A model generated the notes under the pieces. That model searched no databases. It saw nothing but the letters and a program-made list of their open reading frames with translations, and was not told where the DNA came from. DNA of 64,000 nt, taken from contig CAVNZM010000001.1 in the NCBI GenBank assembly GCA_963693365.1, forward strand, positions 1,938,907 through 2,002,906, written 5' to 3'. This stretch comes from Amoebidium appalachense. Its lineage: Eukaryota > Protista > Ichthyosporea. Both the position numbers and the translations under genes were made by a program. This document shows positions 1-12,028 of the stretch, piece after piece (position 1 is the stretch's first letter; each line of letters begins with the position of its first letter).

Positions 1-7
1 GCTCAAA

Positions 8-2177
8 GTGTTCGGTTGCCCTGCCTACACTCACGTGCCAGCCTCTAAACGGAACAAGCTGGCCCCCACCGTCAAACTCGGCATGTATATCGGCTATGAT
101 CTTCAATCACACTGCCACCGGATCTTCAATGCCACCACCCATCGTGTCGGCCTCTTCCGTGATGTGATTTTCGACGAATCAGCTTATCTCCCGTCCGACA
201 TTCCATCAACCCTTCCGACCCCCGACACCACTGCTACCTCGACCACCCCACCCCCCACAGTTGACACTGAAGATGATGTTTGTCTGGTGTACTCTGGCCC
301 CCCTCCTGCCATCGTCGTTCCCCCGACACCCCCCCCCCACCGGCCCCCCCTGCCCCCGTGCCCGTCCAGCCTGCCGACCCTCATCCTGGCCCTGGCAACG
401 TCACACCCATCCGACCCGGCTCCCCCGACAACTTCCACTCGGCCCCGTCCAGCCCGGAGGTTGCCCCCCCTGCACTTCCGAACTTCCAAGTTCCCCCCCC
501 ACCGTCTCCACCTACCCCGGTTCCTGCACCCCGTCGTTCTGCCCGTCTCCAGGGCAAGGTTGGACTTCAAGCCACCACCACCCTGCCAGTCCCCCCCGGT
601 CCCCCCATCAACATCGACCAACTACCCAAACTTGTCCGTCAACTCTGTTCCGGACCCAATGGTGATCAGGTCAAGTCAGCCCTGACTGCTGAGTATCAAG
701 CCTTCGTCGACAAAGACATCTTTGAACTTGTTGACCCTCCCCCTGGTGCTAACATCGTCGGCTTCAAGTGGATTGTCTCCGAGAAAACTCTCAACTCGGC
801 TGGTGACACCAAGATCAAGGCACGTGGTGTTACTCAAGGCTTCAGTCAGCAATACGGTGTTGACTATGAGTTGATTGAGAGCCCTGTCATCCGTCCGGCT
901 GCTCTCCGTGCCATCCTAGCTCTGGCCGTTGTTGAAGGTCATGACATACATCAACTCGACGTGTCTACGGCCTTTCTCAACAGCCCACTCACCGAGACCA
1001 TCTACATGAAACAACCCCCGGGATTCATCACCATGGCCACACTTGGCAAGGTCTGGAGACTCAAGAAAGCCCTGTACGGCCTCAAGCAAGCCTCCAAGGC
1101 TTGGTACGACTTCCTCGACGGCATTCTTCTTGCCCATGGCCTGACCCGTACTAAGACCGACCCGTGCATCTACCTCCGGTTCTTCCCCAACAACGATGTG
1201 GTACGGGCTGGTAACTACGTCGATGACTCCACCATCACCAACACCCGGGGTTCTACTGCTGCCAGTGACCTGGCTGCCCACATCAGCAAGATGGCCAGCT
1301 GTCGTATGAGTCCATTTGACCGTATGCTCGGTGTTGATTTTAATCACTCTGATCCCCATCACCTCCACATGCACCAGAGGTCTTACATCATGGATATCAT
1401 CCACGACTTCAACCTCACCGATGCCAAGTCCAAGTCTACCCCCATCCCTGCAGGCACCACCGTCTCCCTGGCTGATTGCCCCCCCAACCGTTCACCGTGC
1501 CCTACCGTGAGTTACTCGGCCGTCTCCTCTGGGTGGCACGGTGCACACGTCCCGACATTGCCTATGCCATCGGCTTCCTTGGTCGGTTCAGCACCAACCC
1601 CGGCAAGACTCACTGGGACCTTCTCCGTCGTGTGGCCCGGTACCTGCTCGGCACCATTGACCTTGGCATTGACTACAAGTACTCGGCCACCCAGTCCCCC
1701 ATACTCGAATGCTACACGGATGCTGACTTTGCTGGTTGTGCCGACAGCAAGAAGTCTACCACCGGCTACATTATCGTGTTTGCTGGTATGCCCGTCATCT
1801 GGTACTCCAAGCTCCAGCCCATCACGGCCACCAGCACCACTGAAGCTGAGCTGATTGCTCTCAATGCTGGCACCCAAGAAGTTGCTTGGGTCCGTGACCT
1901 CTTCAAGGAACTCGGCTGTCCCATGCTTGCTCCGACTCCGGTGTACTGTGACAACCAGTCGACCATTGCCATCGTCAACTCCACCGGCATCAAGCACCGT
2001 ACCAAACACATTGCCGTCCGGTATCACAACACCAAGGACTACATTGCCAGTGGGGACGTGGTTGTCCACTACGTTGAGTCAGCCCACAACTTAGCTGACA
2101 TACTCACCAAACCCCTCCCCGGCCCGAGTCATGTCCACCATCGTGCTCGACTTTGTTTACCGGATATTGTGGATTGA
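8..2177 (+). pseudogene. pol: copia pol fragment (INT C-terminus, RT, RNase H), frameshifted in C-homopolymers near 330-350 and 1480
   Basis: Motifs VFGCPAY, KARGV.QGFSQ, QLDVSTAFLN, LKKALYGLKQA, YVDD, YTDADFAG, TEAE, YCDNQS, ADILTK spread over ORFs 8-685, 280-1854 and 1476-2177. The shifts may be sequencing errors. Confidence 0.9.
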
Positions 2178-2546
2178 CCCGACCTACTTCAAGAGTGATT
2201 TTCTCATGTGTACTACTTACTTTATCAACATCATTATATCATATGTATTGCCTTTGTGGGTATGCCCACTTAGGGTTTATATATAAGGTTTGACCTGTAC
2301 CATCACTCTACTCTATCTTTCACTGGTTTAAAACCCAGTTAATCAAACACCGCCTATACACGTTATATATATTCGTTGTTTTTGCCCCGGTTCCTTCCCC
2401 CCCACTCCCCCCCCCCCCCCTTCCCCCCCCCCTTCCCCCCCCCCTTCCCCCCCCCCCCCCCCCCTCCCCCCCCCCCCCTTCTCCCCCCCCCCCCCCCCCC
2501 CCGGAAAAGTACACACTTTAATTTTTTTTTTCCGTTTCTGTTCTCA

Positions 2547-2611
2547 AGTGGGGAGATTTCACTAGTTCAGTGGGGATATGATAACACAAACTTCAAAGTC
2601 TTAAGTGGGGA
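2547..2611 (+). promoter_or_regulatory. Triple polypurine tract (3x AGTGGGGA) upstream of the 3' LTR
   Basis: AGTGGGGA at 2547, 2569 and 2604; the last abuts the LTR TG. Same layout in all four family A copies. Confidence 0.85.
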
Positions 2612-3536
2612 TGTTGTAATACGTAGTATTTACATATGGTAAGATCTTCTCAGTTTGTGTTATGTTTCAGTTCATATGCTTAGTGTAAATGCCACACTCC
2701 TATTATGTAAAGTGTAGCATCGATCTCCGATATGCTTGTATACTTGTAATCGTGTTGTATCGGCTTTAATCGTGTATTGTAATATCGATTAGAATATTTA
2801 TATGTGTGTACACGGATCCACCCACTCAGGGAGAGACGTGTACATGTTCGTGTGTACATAAATATCTCTGGTTATAGTTATGCTATTACTATCTTGTTTG
2901 TTGATCTGTGCTCTCTTTTCCTTCCTCTTTCTCCTTCCTTATTTTCTTTTCTTTCTCTCCTTGTCTTCATGTGTATAATCGTATTTCTTTTCTACTAATA
3001 TATGTTAGGTAGATTTGTGTTACTTAATACGTGTTCATTGGACGGTAACACACTTAGGCTACACTTAGAATAGCATGTGTGTTTAGACTTCATTAATTCA
3101 CTTTAGTTTTCATGTGTTGCCGGGCTTTAACCAATCATCAAGGTTAAGTGTGATATGTCTGAGTCTTTGCAGTATGTCATAGGTTAGAACTTCCTTGATG
3201 ATGACACGAGTTGATCCTAACTAGTGTCTGTGTCCTATCGTGTACGCCTCCGCGTACCGGATCTCTCTGAAAGCAATTGGTTCTTAGTGATTGGTTTCTA
3301 TTAGAGATGGATCTGATTTCCGACTGGTCGGAAATCATGTATGGATTGGACTTAGAGGAATTTCAGGTATTTATTCGAAGATCAGAATAAATTCAGTTTA
3401 GTCGTGTCTAAACATTGATGTCTGTTGTGTACACTGCTCCGATCGTTCCGTGTTTTGTTGTTGTGTGTGTCTGTGGTGTTTTCACACTGCACCACTGTGT
3501 CTCTGCTTACATCCCAAATACTTATAGAAATTAACA
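2612..3536 (+). repeat. LTR1 (925 bp), 3' LTR of copia-A
   Basis: TGTTGTAAT...TTAACA termini; near-identical copies at 11219-14444 (split), 18225-19147, 25987-26911 and 54569-55507. Confidence 0.95.
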
Positions 3537-4149
3537 GCGTGCCCCGCCAATGAAGTGGAATACTTGACGTTGATGTCGCAGGCTGCTGCGGATGGAGTTT
3601 GTGGAAGCGAAAGTCTCTACTTCACGGAAATACGCTCGCGGGTGTAGGGTACAGCCTAGAAGTCGGTTTCTGGCTCCTCCGTTCAAGGCGTCGTAGGGGA
3701 CGTGAAGTTAGAGGCCGCGGTGTCGTGTCTGGGCCCATAACCCTGTTGGAAGTAGAGTCCGCTGTGACTAGGGTCGTCGTGGCGCGCTTGGGCGCTGACC
3801 CGTTTTTTTTACTGCTTTCAGTGTGTTAACTCCATGACTGAACTCCATGTCTTTACTCCATGTCTTTACTCCATGTCTGCACCTGGCAGAGACGTGGCTT
3901 ATATACCCGTGGGGCAGCAGTCTGGAAAGTAATCCGGATGCCAGGCGCTAATCGGATTGGTTACTTTCATTTAGAGATCTCTGGGACCAGTGAACCAATC
4001 GTTTGCAGTCAAAACACAATTGGCAACATTCCTCAACTATGCAGATGTGCATCTGGTGATTGAGTGTCAGCGTGTGTCTGTGTACACGGAACCAATTGTA
4101 AAGCTAACATACACATATTGTGGAGTGAGCGTAAGTCTGCACTCCAACA
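3537..4149 (-). mobile_element. Copia family C 5' remnant: 406-bp 5' LTR (3744-4149), canonical half-tRNAi-Met PBS and start of the internal region
   Basis: LTR has terminal inverted TGTTGGA...TCCAACA. On the minus strand it is followed by G+GGTTATGGGCCCAG (3729-3742), the Drosophila-copia-type PBS. It interrupts the family B gag at Y|FRRTINYE. Confidence 0.8.
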
Positions 4150-7100
4150 CTTCCGTCGTACCATTAACTACGAGACCTACAACCGTCTAATCAGTGACAT
4201 CAGAGCTGCAGAGATCCGTGAAGGTCTCATCGACTCTGGGTCCGGGTCCTCCTCCACCGTCCGAACAGCACGTGCCCTGCAAAGCCGTGTACTCACCAAG
4301 GACGACCTCAGACACCGGATCCCCCGACGTGACAGCTCCGTCTCCCGTCACCCCCGCGGTCGTCCCACCGATCGATCCCCCTCAGTTGACCGTGATTACT
4401 CACGGTCCCGTTCCCCCGGCTATCGTTCCCGGTCACCCTACCCCCCACGTAAAGGGGGTAACCGTCATTCCCAGCCACCCCAAGCCAAGACCACTGGCTC
4501 CCTCGACTGTGCCTACTGTCACGAAGACCATCATGTCACACAGTGTGACAAACCTGGCTGCTCAATTGCCCGTCGTCACCGTGCCAACACCAAGTCTGGA
4601 AAAGAGGTGCATTATGCCCTCGTGTCCACCACGGCCTCCCTACCCATGGACCCCTGCTGGGACTCGGCTTCAAACGTCCACGTGTGCCCAGTAAAAGAGT
4701 ACTTCTCTACTCTTGAGCCATGCCCCCCGACTGACGTCCACGGCCTCGGCATCGTCACTGCACATCACCGTGGTGTCATCAACCTGGCCGTCACCTACAA
4801 CGGAGTAACATCAGTACTGAGCCTCAACACCCTCTATGTACCCGACTCCCCAGCCTTCCTGATATCACCCTCAATGGCCTCCAAGTCGGGTCTCCTTGCC
4901 CACCTCGATGATGAGGATGCATTCCCATCATACCTCTACACTCGTGGTGGCAACATCGTGTGTTCCCTCACAGGCACAGATGGACTGTACTTCATCACTG
5001 ACTATGAGATACGTCCCTCCATCCCTCGGACCGTCACTGCTCTGGTAGCCAACGTCAAGGTCAACAATGATCCTCAGCTCTGGCACCACCGTCTCGGCCA
5101 TCGTGCCCTGTCCACCCTCACCAAGATGGTGAGAGGTGACCTCGTGACAGGCCTCCCCTCATCCCTCTCAGTGGCTGACACCACTGACTGCTTCGGTTGT
5201 GTCTCCGGCAAGACCACCAAGGCCCCATTCTCCGGCACCAGAACCCAGTGCCCCTTCCCCGGTGCCAAGTGGCACATGGACTTCTTCGAGCCTCCCTGTG
5301 CCTCCTATGGTGGCTACAAGGTGGCCCTCGTGTGTACCTGTGATGCCTCCGGCTACACCATCGTGTACCTCCTCCGTGATCGATCCGAAACTCTCGAATA
5401 CGTCAAGGCCCTGGTTGAGGCTACTGACAAGCAACCCGACAAGGTGGTGACCCACTTCCGTTCAGACTCTGGGTCCGAGTTCACCTCCCACGCTATGGAG
5501 CAGTACTGCCAGTCCAAGGGCATCATTCAGGAATTTGCCCCGGTTGACTGCCCCCAACTCAACGGCTTCGTTGAACGTAAGATGAGGGATCTGCAGGAGA
5601 TCGTTCGGTGCTTCCTTCATCAGGACAAGGCCGACTCCCTTTCCCCCAAACTGTGGGGAGCTGCTCTCAAGCATGCTGCCTACATCATCAACGTGACCCC
5701 GGCCAGAGCTGCCAATGGCCGTACACCGTTTGAAATTTTCTACGGTGTCAAGCCTGACATCTCCCACCTGCACGTGTTCGGCTGCCCAGCCTATGTACAC
5801 GTCCCTGCATCCAAACGAGACAAGTTGGCCTCTACCGTCAAACTCGGCACCTACGTGGGCTGGGATATCACCAACAAAGCCCACAAGATCATGAATCTAC
5901 GTGGCAACACGGTCAACCTCTACCGCGATGTCGTCTTCGACGAATCACAATTCACCACGGCATCCAATCAGATTTCTGTGCAGGCCACCAATCAGACGAC
6001 CTCAATCGATTCATCCCTGCATTCCGGAAATTCCAATTCCGATGACGATGAAATTCCGTCGGTGATTATCCGTCGTTCCCCCCGTCGTGTACCTGCCCCC
6101 GTGGCTCCACCCACCCCCCCCCCCCACCGGTCAGCAACCCCTGCTGCCGGCCCCTGCCGTCAATGACCACGTACCTGGTCATCTCACCCCGGTTCGTCCT
6201 GGGTCTCCGGAGTTCCACTCGGCCCCGTCCAGCCCCGTGTTATCCGACTCCCCCCTCAACACGGCACCCATCCCTGGCTTCCAGGCCCCCATCCCCGACC
6301 ACCGAGTGTCTGTCCCAGACAACCCCCCGGCCCCTGAGCCCCTCCGTACCGTTCCCCGTCGTTCCTCCCGTTTCTCCTCCCGGCCTGCAATGGCTATGGT
6401 GAGCATCTCCCGACCCAGCCTTGATGTGTCTCAGCTGCCCCGGTCAATTCAGAAGCTGTGCTCTGGCACCAAGGGTGATGAAGTGGTGACTGCCCTCACT
6501 GCCGAGTACAAGGCTTTCATCGACAAGGACATCTTCGACGTAGTTGAGCCCCCCTCCGATGCCAACATCATCCGATTCAAGTGGATTGTCACGGAGAAGG
6601 TCCTCAACTCTGCTGGTGACACCAAGATCAAGGGTCGTGGTGTGGCCAAGGGTTTCACCCAAGTCTACGGTGTTGACTACGGTGAAAACTCTTCCCCCGT
6701 CGTCATGTCCTCCTCCGTCCGTGCCCTGCTTGCCCTCGGTGTGCAACAGGACCACGAGATCCATCAACTCGACATCAGCACGGCCTTCCTCAACAGCCCC
6801 CTCGACGAGACTTTGTACATGGAGCAACCTCCTGGTTTTATCCTCCCTGGCAATGAACACAAAGTCTGGAAACTCAAGAAGGCCATCTACGGACTCAAGC
6901 AGGCATCCCTGGCATGGTACGAGTTCTTCAACTCCATTCTCATTGCCCACGGCCTCACCCGTCTCCGTTCCGATCCGTGTGTCTACTTCTGTCAGTTCCC
7001 CAACGGGCACATCATCCGTTCGGGCAACTACGTTGATGATGCCATCATCACCTGCACACGGAACTCCACCATCATGCAGGGGCTTGTTCGTCACATCACG

Positions 7101-7985
7101 AAGTCTGCCGAGTGCAAGGTCGGTCTGCCAGACATCTTCCTCGGCACCCAACTGCTGTACACCCGTGACTCCCTCAAGCTGCTGCAGTCCTCCTACATCA
7201 AGGACATCGTCACCGACTTCAACCTGGTCGATGCCAAGCCTAAGGCCACCCCTATTCCCGTGGGCACCATCATCAACGAGACCTCCCTCTCATCCCTGCC
7301 CACCACCGTCCCCTACCGTGAACTCCTCGGCCGTCTGCTGTGGGTTGCTCGGTGCTCCCGGCCTGACATCTCGTATGCCATTGGCTACCTCGGCCGATTC
7401 AGCTCCAAGCCCACCAAGACTGCCTGGGAGCTTCTCCTCCGTGTCGTTCGTTACCTGCTCGGCACCATCAACCTCGGCCTCTACTACAAGAAGAAGGCCC
7501 CCAACAGCAAGGTGCCCATCCTTGAGTGCTACTCGGATTCTGACTTTGCTGGTTGCCCCACCACCCGTCGTTCCACGTCTGGGTACGTCATCCTCCTCGA
7601 AGGCTCCCCCGTCACCTACCACTCCAAGCTGCAGACGATCACTGCAACTTCCACCTGTGAGGCCGAGCTCCTGGCCCTCAATGCTGCCGTGCAAGATGTT
7701 GTCTGGCACCGTGATCTACTAAAGGAGCTGGGCTACCCCATGACCGAGCCCACCCCCGTGTACTGTGACAATCAGTCCACCATTGCTCTGGTCCACTCCA
7801 ACACCATCAAGCACCGGACCAAGCACATTGCCGTTCGTTACTTCAACACCAAGGACTACATCAACAGTGGGGACGTCACTGTCACCTACATCGACACCAA
7901 GAAGAACCTGGCCGACATCTTCACCAAGCCTCTGGCTGGTCCGGCCCACGACACACACCGTGCCAACCTCAGTCTCCGTGACTGA
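4150..7985 (+). pseudogene. gag-pol: Copia family B gag-pol, 5'-truncated: CCHC knuckle, protease, GAG-pre-integrase, integrase, RT, RNase H; one frameshift in poly-C near 6115-6127
   Basis: CAYCHEDHHVTQC, WDSAS, LWHHRLGH..CFGC, MD...RSDSGSEF...NGFVERK, YVDD, YSDSDFAG, ADIFTK. Confidence 0.93.
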
Positions 7986-8703
7986 CCCATGCACTGGTGT
8001 TCACCATCGAGTGGTTTCTGAGTAGGTTGGGGCCCTGGACAGCAGTTGACACACCTACGGTGATCAAGATGCCTCCCAACGAAAGTCTACTACTCCTCAT
8101 CGTTTCTCTTCATCAGTGGGGACTCAGTCTTCCATCGTCATATGTGTGCATCTTCAGTGGGGATTATTCTCCACCATCTGTCGTTTATTTATATTCATAT
8201 CCCACCATATATATTGGTTTTCTTCTATATTCGACTTATATATATGTCGAACTGGGATGGCGTCCCAGTATAAATAATTATCTATAGCCATGACGTGCTG
8301 GTTGACTGCCAGTCTAAACCTAGTCCACGGGATGCACCTTCCCCGTGTCTTAACTGGTTGACCACCAGTCTATAAATCAGTCCACAAGATGTTCATGTCT
8401 TGTGTTTACCTGGGTGGTCCCCAGTATAAACCATTAGCCACCAACACGTCACACATACACTAGTGTTTCCTATATATATATATATATCGCTGATAACCAC
8501 CATGATTTATTGTTCCGAGTCTTCAGAGGCAACCGTCGTTGTGTGCCTCTTCAGTTTTGATTTTCTCCTTCCCACCTGAAGGACCTTCGGTTTGCATCCT
8601 CGAGTGGGGAAACTTGAGTGTGACGGCCCCTCCTGTGTTTGGACCTCATCTACCGTCACATCAACAGACACGAGAACACAAACTTCAACCCCTTGAGTGG
8701 GGA

Positions 8704-8795
8704 TGTTGGAATACGTCACCATGTATGACAGCAAGAGCCTTGAAGTATGTATGTGTCCTAGCTTGTTTGTATTCGTGTCTGCTTTCCCTCTTTGT

Positions 8796-8859
<64 letters not shown>

Positions 8860-9293
8860 CCCCCCCCCCCCCCCCCCCCCCCCCCGTATCTCTCTCTCCC
8901 TTGTTTCTGTGGGCACAGATATCTGTAGATCTGTGCACACCTGGCTCACTTGCCTGATAAGAACTTATTGTGTTTTTATTTCTGTTTGCTCTCCTCTGTT
9001 TATCTGAGAGGTAGCGTGATTGGCTAGCCTCACTCGTTGTCTTTCCTTTATTTCAAAATGGCCTAGTTTTGTTCTCAAAAGGTTCGTTCTTTTGATTGGT
9101 TTATCGTTTTCACATTCCCAAGTATAAAAGGGACTTCATCTTGGAATAAATCTTAAGCAGTCATATTCATTTCCTATGGTTCCAGAAATCGTTCCACCTC
9201 TCCGGTTGTGTTTCTCCCGTGTGTCTCTGTGTTGTGTATAACATAACACCCATCTGTGCTCTCTGCTTCTCCGTTTACCCACACAAAATAACA
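8704..9293 (+). repeat. Chimeric LTR (LTR2 5' half + LTR3 3' half), with a PPT before it and a PBS after it
   Basis: 8704-~9082 matches LTR2 (e.g. 22966 onward); ~9083-9293 matches the reverse complement of 16264-~16474. GAGTGGGGA precedes it, GGTTTACGGCCC follows it. Contains (CT)n and poly-C. Confidence 0.85.
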
Positions 9294-10079
9294 GGTTTAC
9301 GGCCCCTTTGCACGCTAACACACAATCTCGTTACAACCGCGAAATTCCTCAGTCTTACAGCTTCAATCATGACTGACAAACCGTCGTATATCAACCTTCC
9401 AATATGGAATCCGTCCGAGAAAAGAGACGAGAAACGTCTTCATTATTTCGAGTGGGAGCCACTCATTCACCGGTTCATTAGAACAACCATTGCCGAGAAA
9501 TTCGTTGACGCTATCAAGAGGCCACAGTGGGTTGACGGCGCTGAGGCCAACCAGTGGCTAGGCTACGCCACCAAGGACTCCTACAAGAAAGCTTCCGACG
9601 TCCTCGACCAGATCCTCAACCAGTCCGTCCATCCGACCGAGCTCTACGACTCCGGCCGGATGCAAGACGGTGTCCACGGTGGAGAAGTCTTCCACAACCT
9701 ACGTATGGCGTATGTGGCAGAGAAGGAGGCCCGAGTCACCCAGATCCAAGTCACCTTCGAGGAGCTTGAACTACGAGACTACCCCAACGTCACAGCATAC
9801 CTCACGAGTCTCCAACGGCTGGCTACGACACTTGCCTGCCTCGACGAGCCCGTCCAGCACAAGGATGTCGTACGTAAGGTCTTCCTTCACCTCCGGAAAA
9901 ACACGGCCCTGGTCTGCTCCGACATTGAACGTCTCTGCTCCGACTACTGGATGAGCAACAAGGCCTACCCGTCCTTCAACCAGCTCATCAGTGACATCCG
10001 AGGAGCTGAAAATCCGTGCCGGCCTCATCGACGCAGTTACTGGTGCAACCGTCAACAACCGTCCCCTCCGTGCACTCCA

Positions 10080-11010
10080 TGTTGAAGTACGTAGTTTGTA
10101 CATGTGTAAGATCTTTCAGTTTGTGTTTATGATTCAGTTCATAGCATTAATGTAAAAGTCACCCTCCTTGTTCGTAAAATTGTTAATCGATCTCAAATAT
10201 GTTTTCGTGTCTGTAATCGTGTCATATTGACTCTAATCGTGTGTTGATCTAAAGATTAGAATATAGATATGTGCCTGCCCGAATCCACTCAGTAGGAGTG
10301 CTCGTGCACATGTTTGTGTGTACATGAATATCTTATGTTGTAACTGTGCTATCGTGTTCATGTTTGTTGTTCTGTGTTCCTCTCTTTTTCTCTCTTCTCT
10401 TCTTCTCTTTTCATTCCTCCTTTTCCCTGGTGTTCATGTGTGTGATCACTGTTCTTTCTCACTAATATACGTTGAGTCAATTCGTGTGAAGTAGATGTGT
10501 TTTGATTGAAAGAAAAACACATAGGCTACACCATGTACTATTTTATGTGTCAATAGTTTATTCAACTATGTTTGTTTTGCGAATTGCCGCAGTCTAACCA
10601 ATCACTAGACTAGTCATAACGTGTCCCTGCCGTTAACCTCAATAATAGGTTAGAAATTAGTGTCAAGGTTTACAGTTTCTTCGTGACTGTGTTCTTATGC
10701 CTTGCCGTGATCTATTGCGAGTGTTGGATCTATTGCTGTAGTGATCAGTCCATTATGATTGGTCTATCCGATATCTATTCTGATTTCCGACTGGTCGGAA
10801 ATCACACATAGGTTTGACTTAGTGATTGCAGTTATATAAGCACATCTCAAAATAAATTCAGTTCAGTTGTGTCTAAACATTGATGTCTGTTCTGTACACT
10901 TCTCCGATCGGTTCCGTCTGTGTGTTTGTCTGTGTGTCTGTGGTGTTTTTACACTGCACCACTGTGTCTCTGCTTCCCCGACATAGTCAGAATACTTAAA
11001 AAAAAATTCA
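10080..11010 (+). repeat. Solo LTR, diverged LTR1 relative (LTR1b)
   Basis: TG...CA ends, 5-bp TSD CTCCA (10075-10079 and 11011-11015), colinear similarity to LTR1. Confidence 0.92.
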
Positions 11011-11218
11011 CTCCAGAGCAGAGTGCTTCCCCCCGGTGATCTTCGTAACCGTATCCCTCGACATGAGCATACACCTCACCGTTCCACGTCCCGTTCCCGT
11101 GATCCTCGTCCGTCCTCCAAGTCACCCGGCCCCCGTTCAACTTCCCCTTACCACCGTGGTAACAGGGACAACCGTAACCGACAGCACAACACCAAGAAGG
11201 TGGAGTGTTCCTACTGCC

Positions 11219-11856
11219 TGTTGTAATACGTAGTATTTACATATGGTAAGATCTTCTCAGTTTGTGTTATGTTTCAGTTCATATGCTTAGTGTAAAAGCC
11301 ACACTCCTATTATGTAAAGTGTAGCATCGATCTCAGATATGCTTGTATACTTGTAATCGTGTTGTATCGGCTTTAATCGTGTGTTGTAATATCGATTAGA
11401 ATATGTATTTGTGTGTACACGGATCCACCCACTCAGGGAGAGACGTGTACAAGTTCGTGTGTACATAAATATCTCTGGTTATAGTTATGCTATTACTATC
11501 TTGTTTGTTGATCTGTGCTCTCTTTTCCTTTCTCTTTCTCCTTCCTTATTTTCTTTTCTTTCTCTCCTTGTCTTCATGTGTATAATCGTATTTCTTTTCT
11601 ACTAATATATGTTAGGTAGATTTGTGTTACTTAATACGTGTTCATTGGACGGTAACACACTTGGGGGTTTACGCTGTTTACTCGAGGCAAAGAGAACCAG
11701 TCTCAGGTATGGGGGGGGGGTTTTGCTCGGAATATCCCCTCAGCGGTATATCATGATCACGTACATAGATGTCGGGTGGTGACTATATATCAGGGTTTAC
11801 TTTCTCTACGAGACACCATAAAGACTACAAGGAGAAATCAATTAGTTGGGGTTCCC

Positions 11857-11900
<44 letters not shown>

Positions 11901-11932
11901 GGGCTCCCCTCGGGACACTCGGTATCAGCTGG

Positions 11933-12028
<96 letters not shown>

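Larger units (their letters stand above)
1..3536 (+). mobile_element. Ty1/copia family A, copy 1 (3' part: integrase C-terminus, RT, RNase H, 3' UTR, 3' LTR)
   Basis: Copia domain order INT-RT-RH; PPT AAGTGGGGA immediately before a TGTT...AACA LTR; three more copies in the window. Confidence 0.95.

Noticed and set aside
916-2069. Long antisense ORFs over copia pol
   Set aside because: These are shadow ORFs caused by strong C-ending codon bias.
2804-2998. Recurrent small hydrophobic ORF (MCTRIHPLRERR...) as an env-like peptide
   Set aside because: It lies in a pyrimidine-rich part of LTR1 and has no ATG start; it recurs only because the LTR is repeated.
6105-6130. Programmed frameshift between integrase and RT
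   Set aside because: The shifts fall in different C-homopolymers in different copies (~330-350, ~1480, ~6120, ~21470); copia pol is normally one ORF, so these are likely slippage or sequencing indels.
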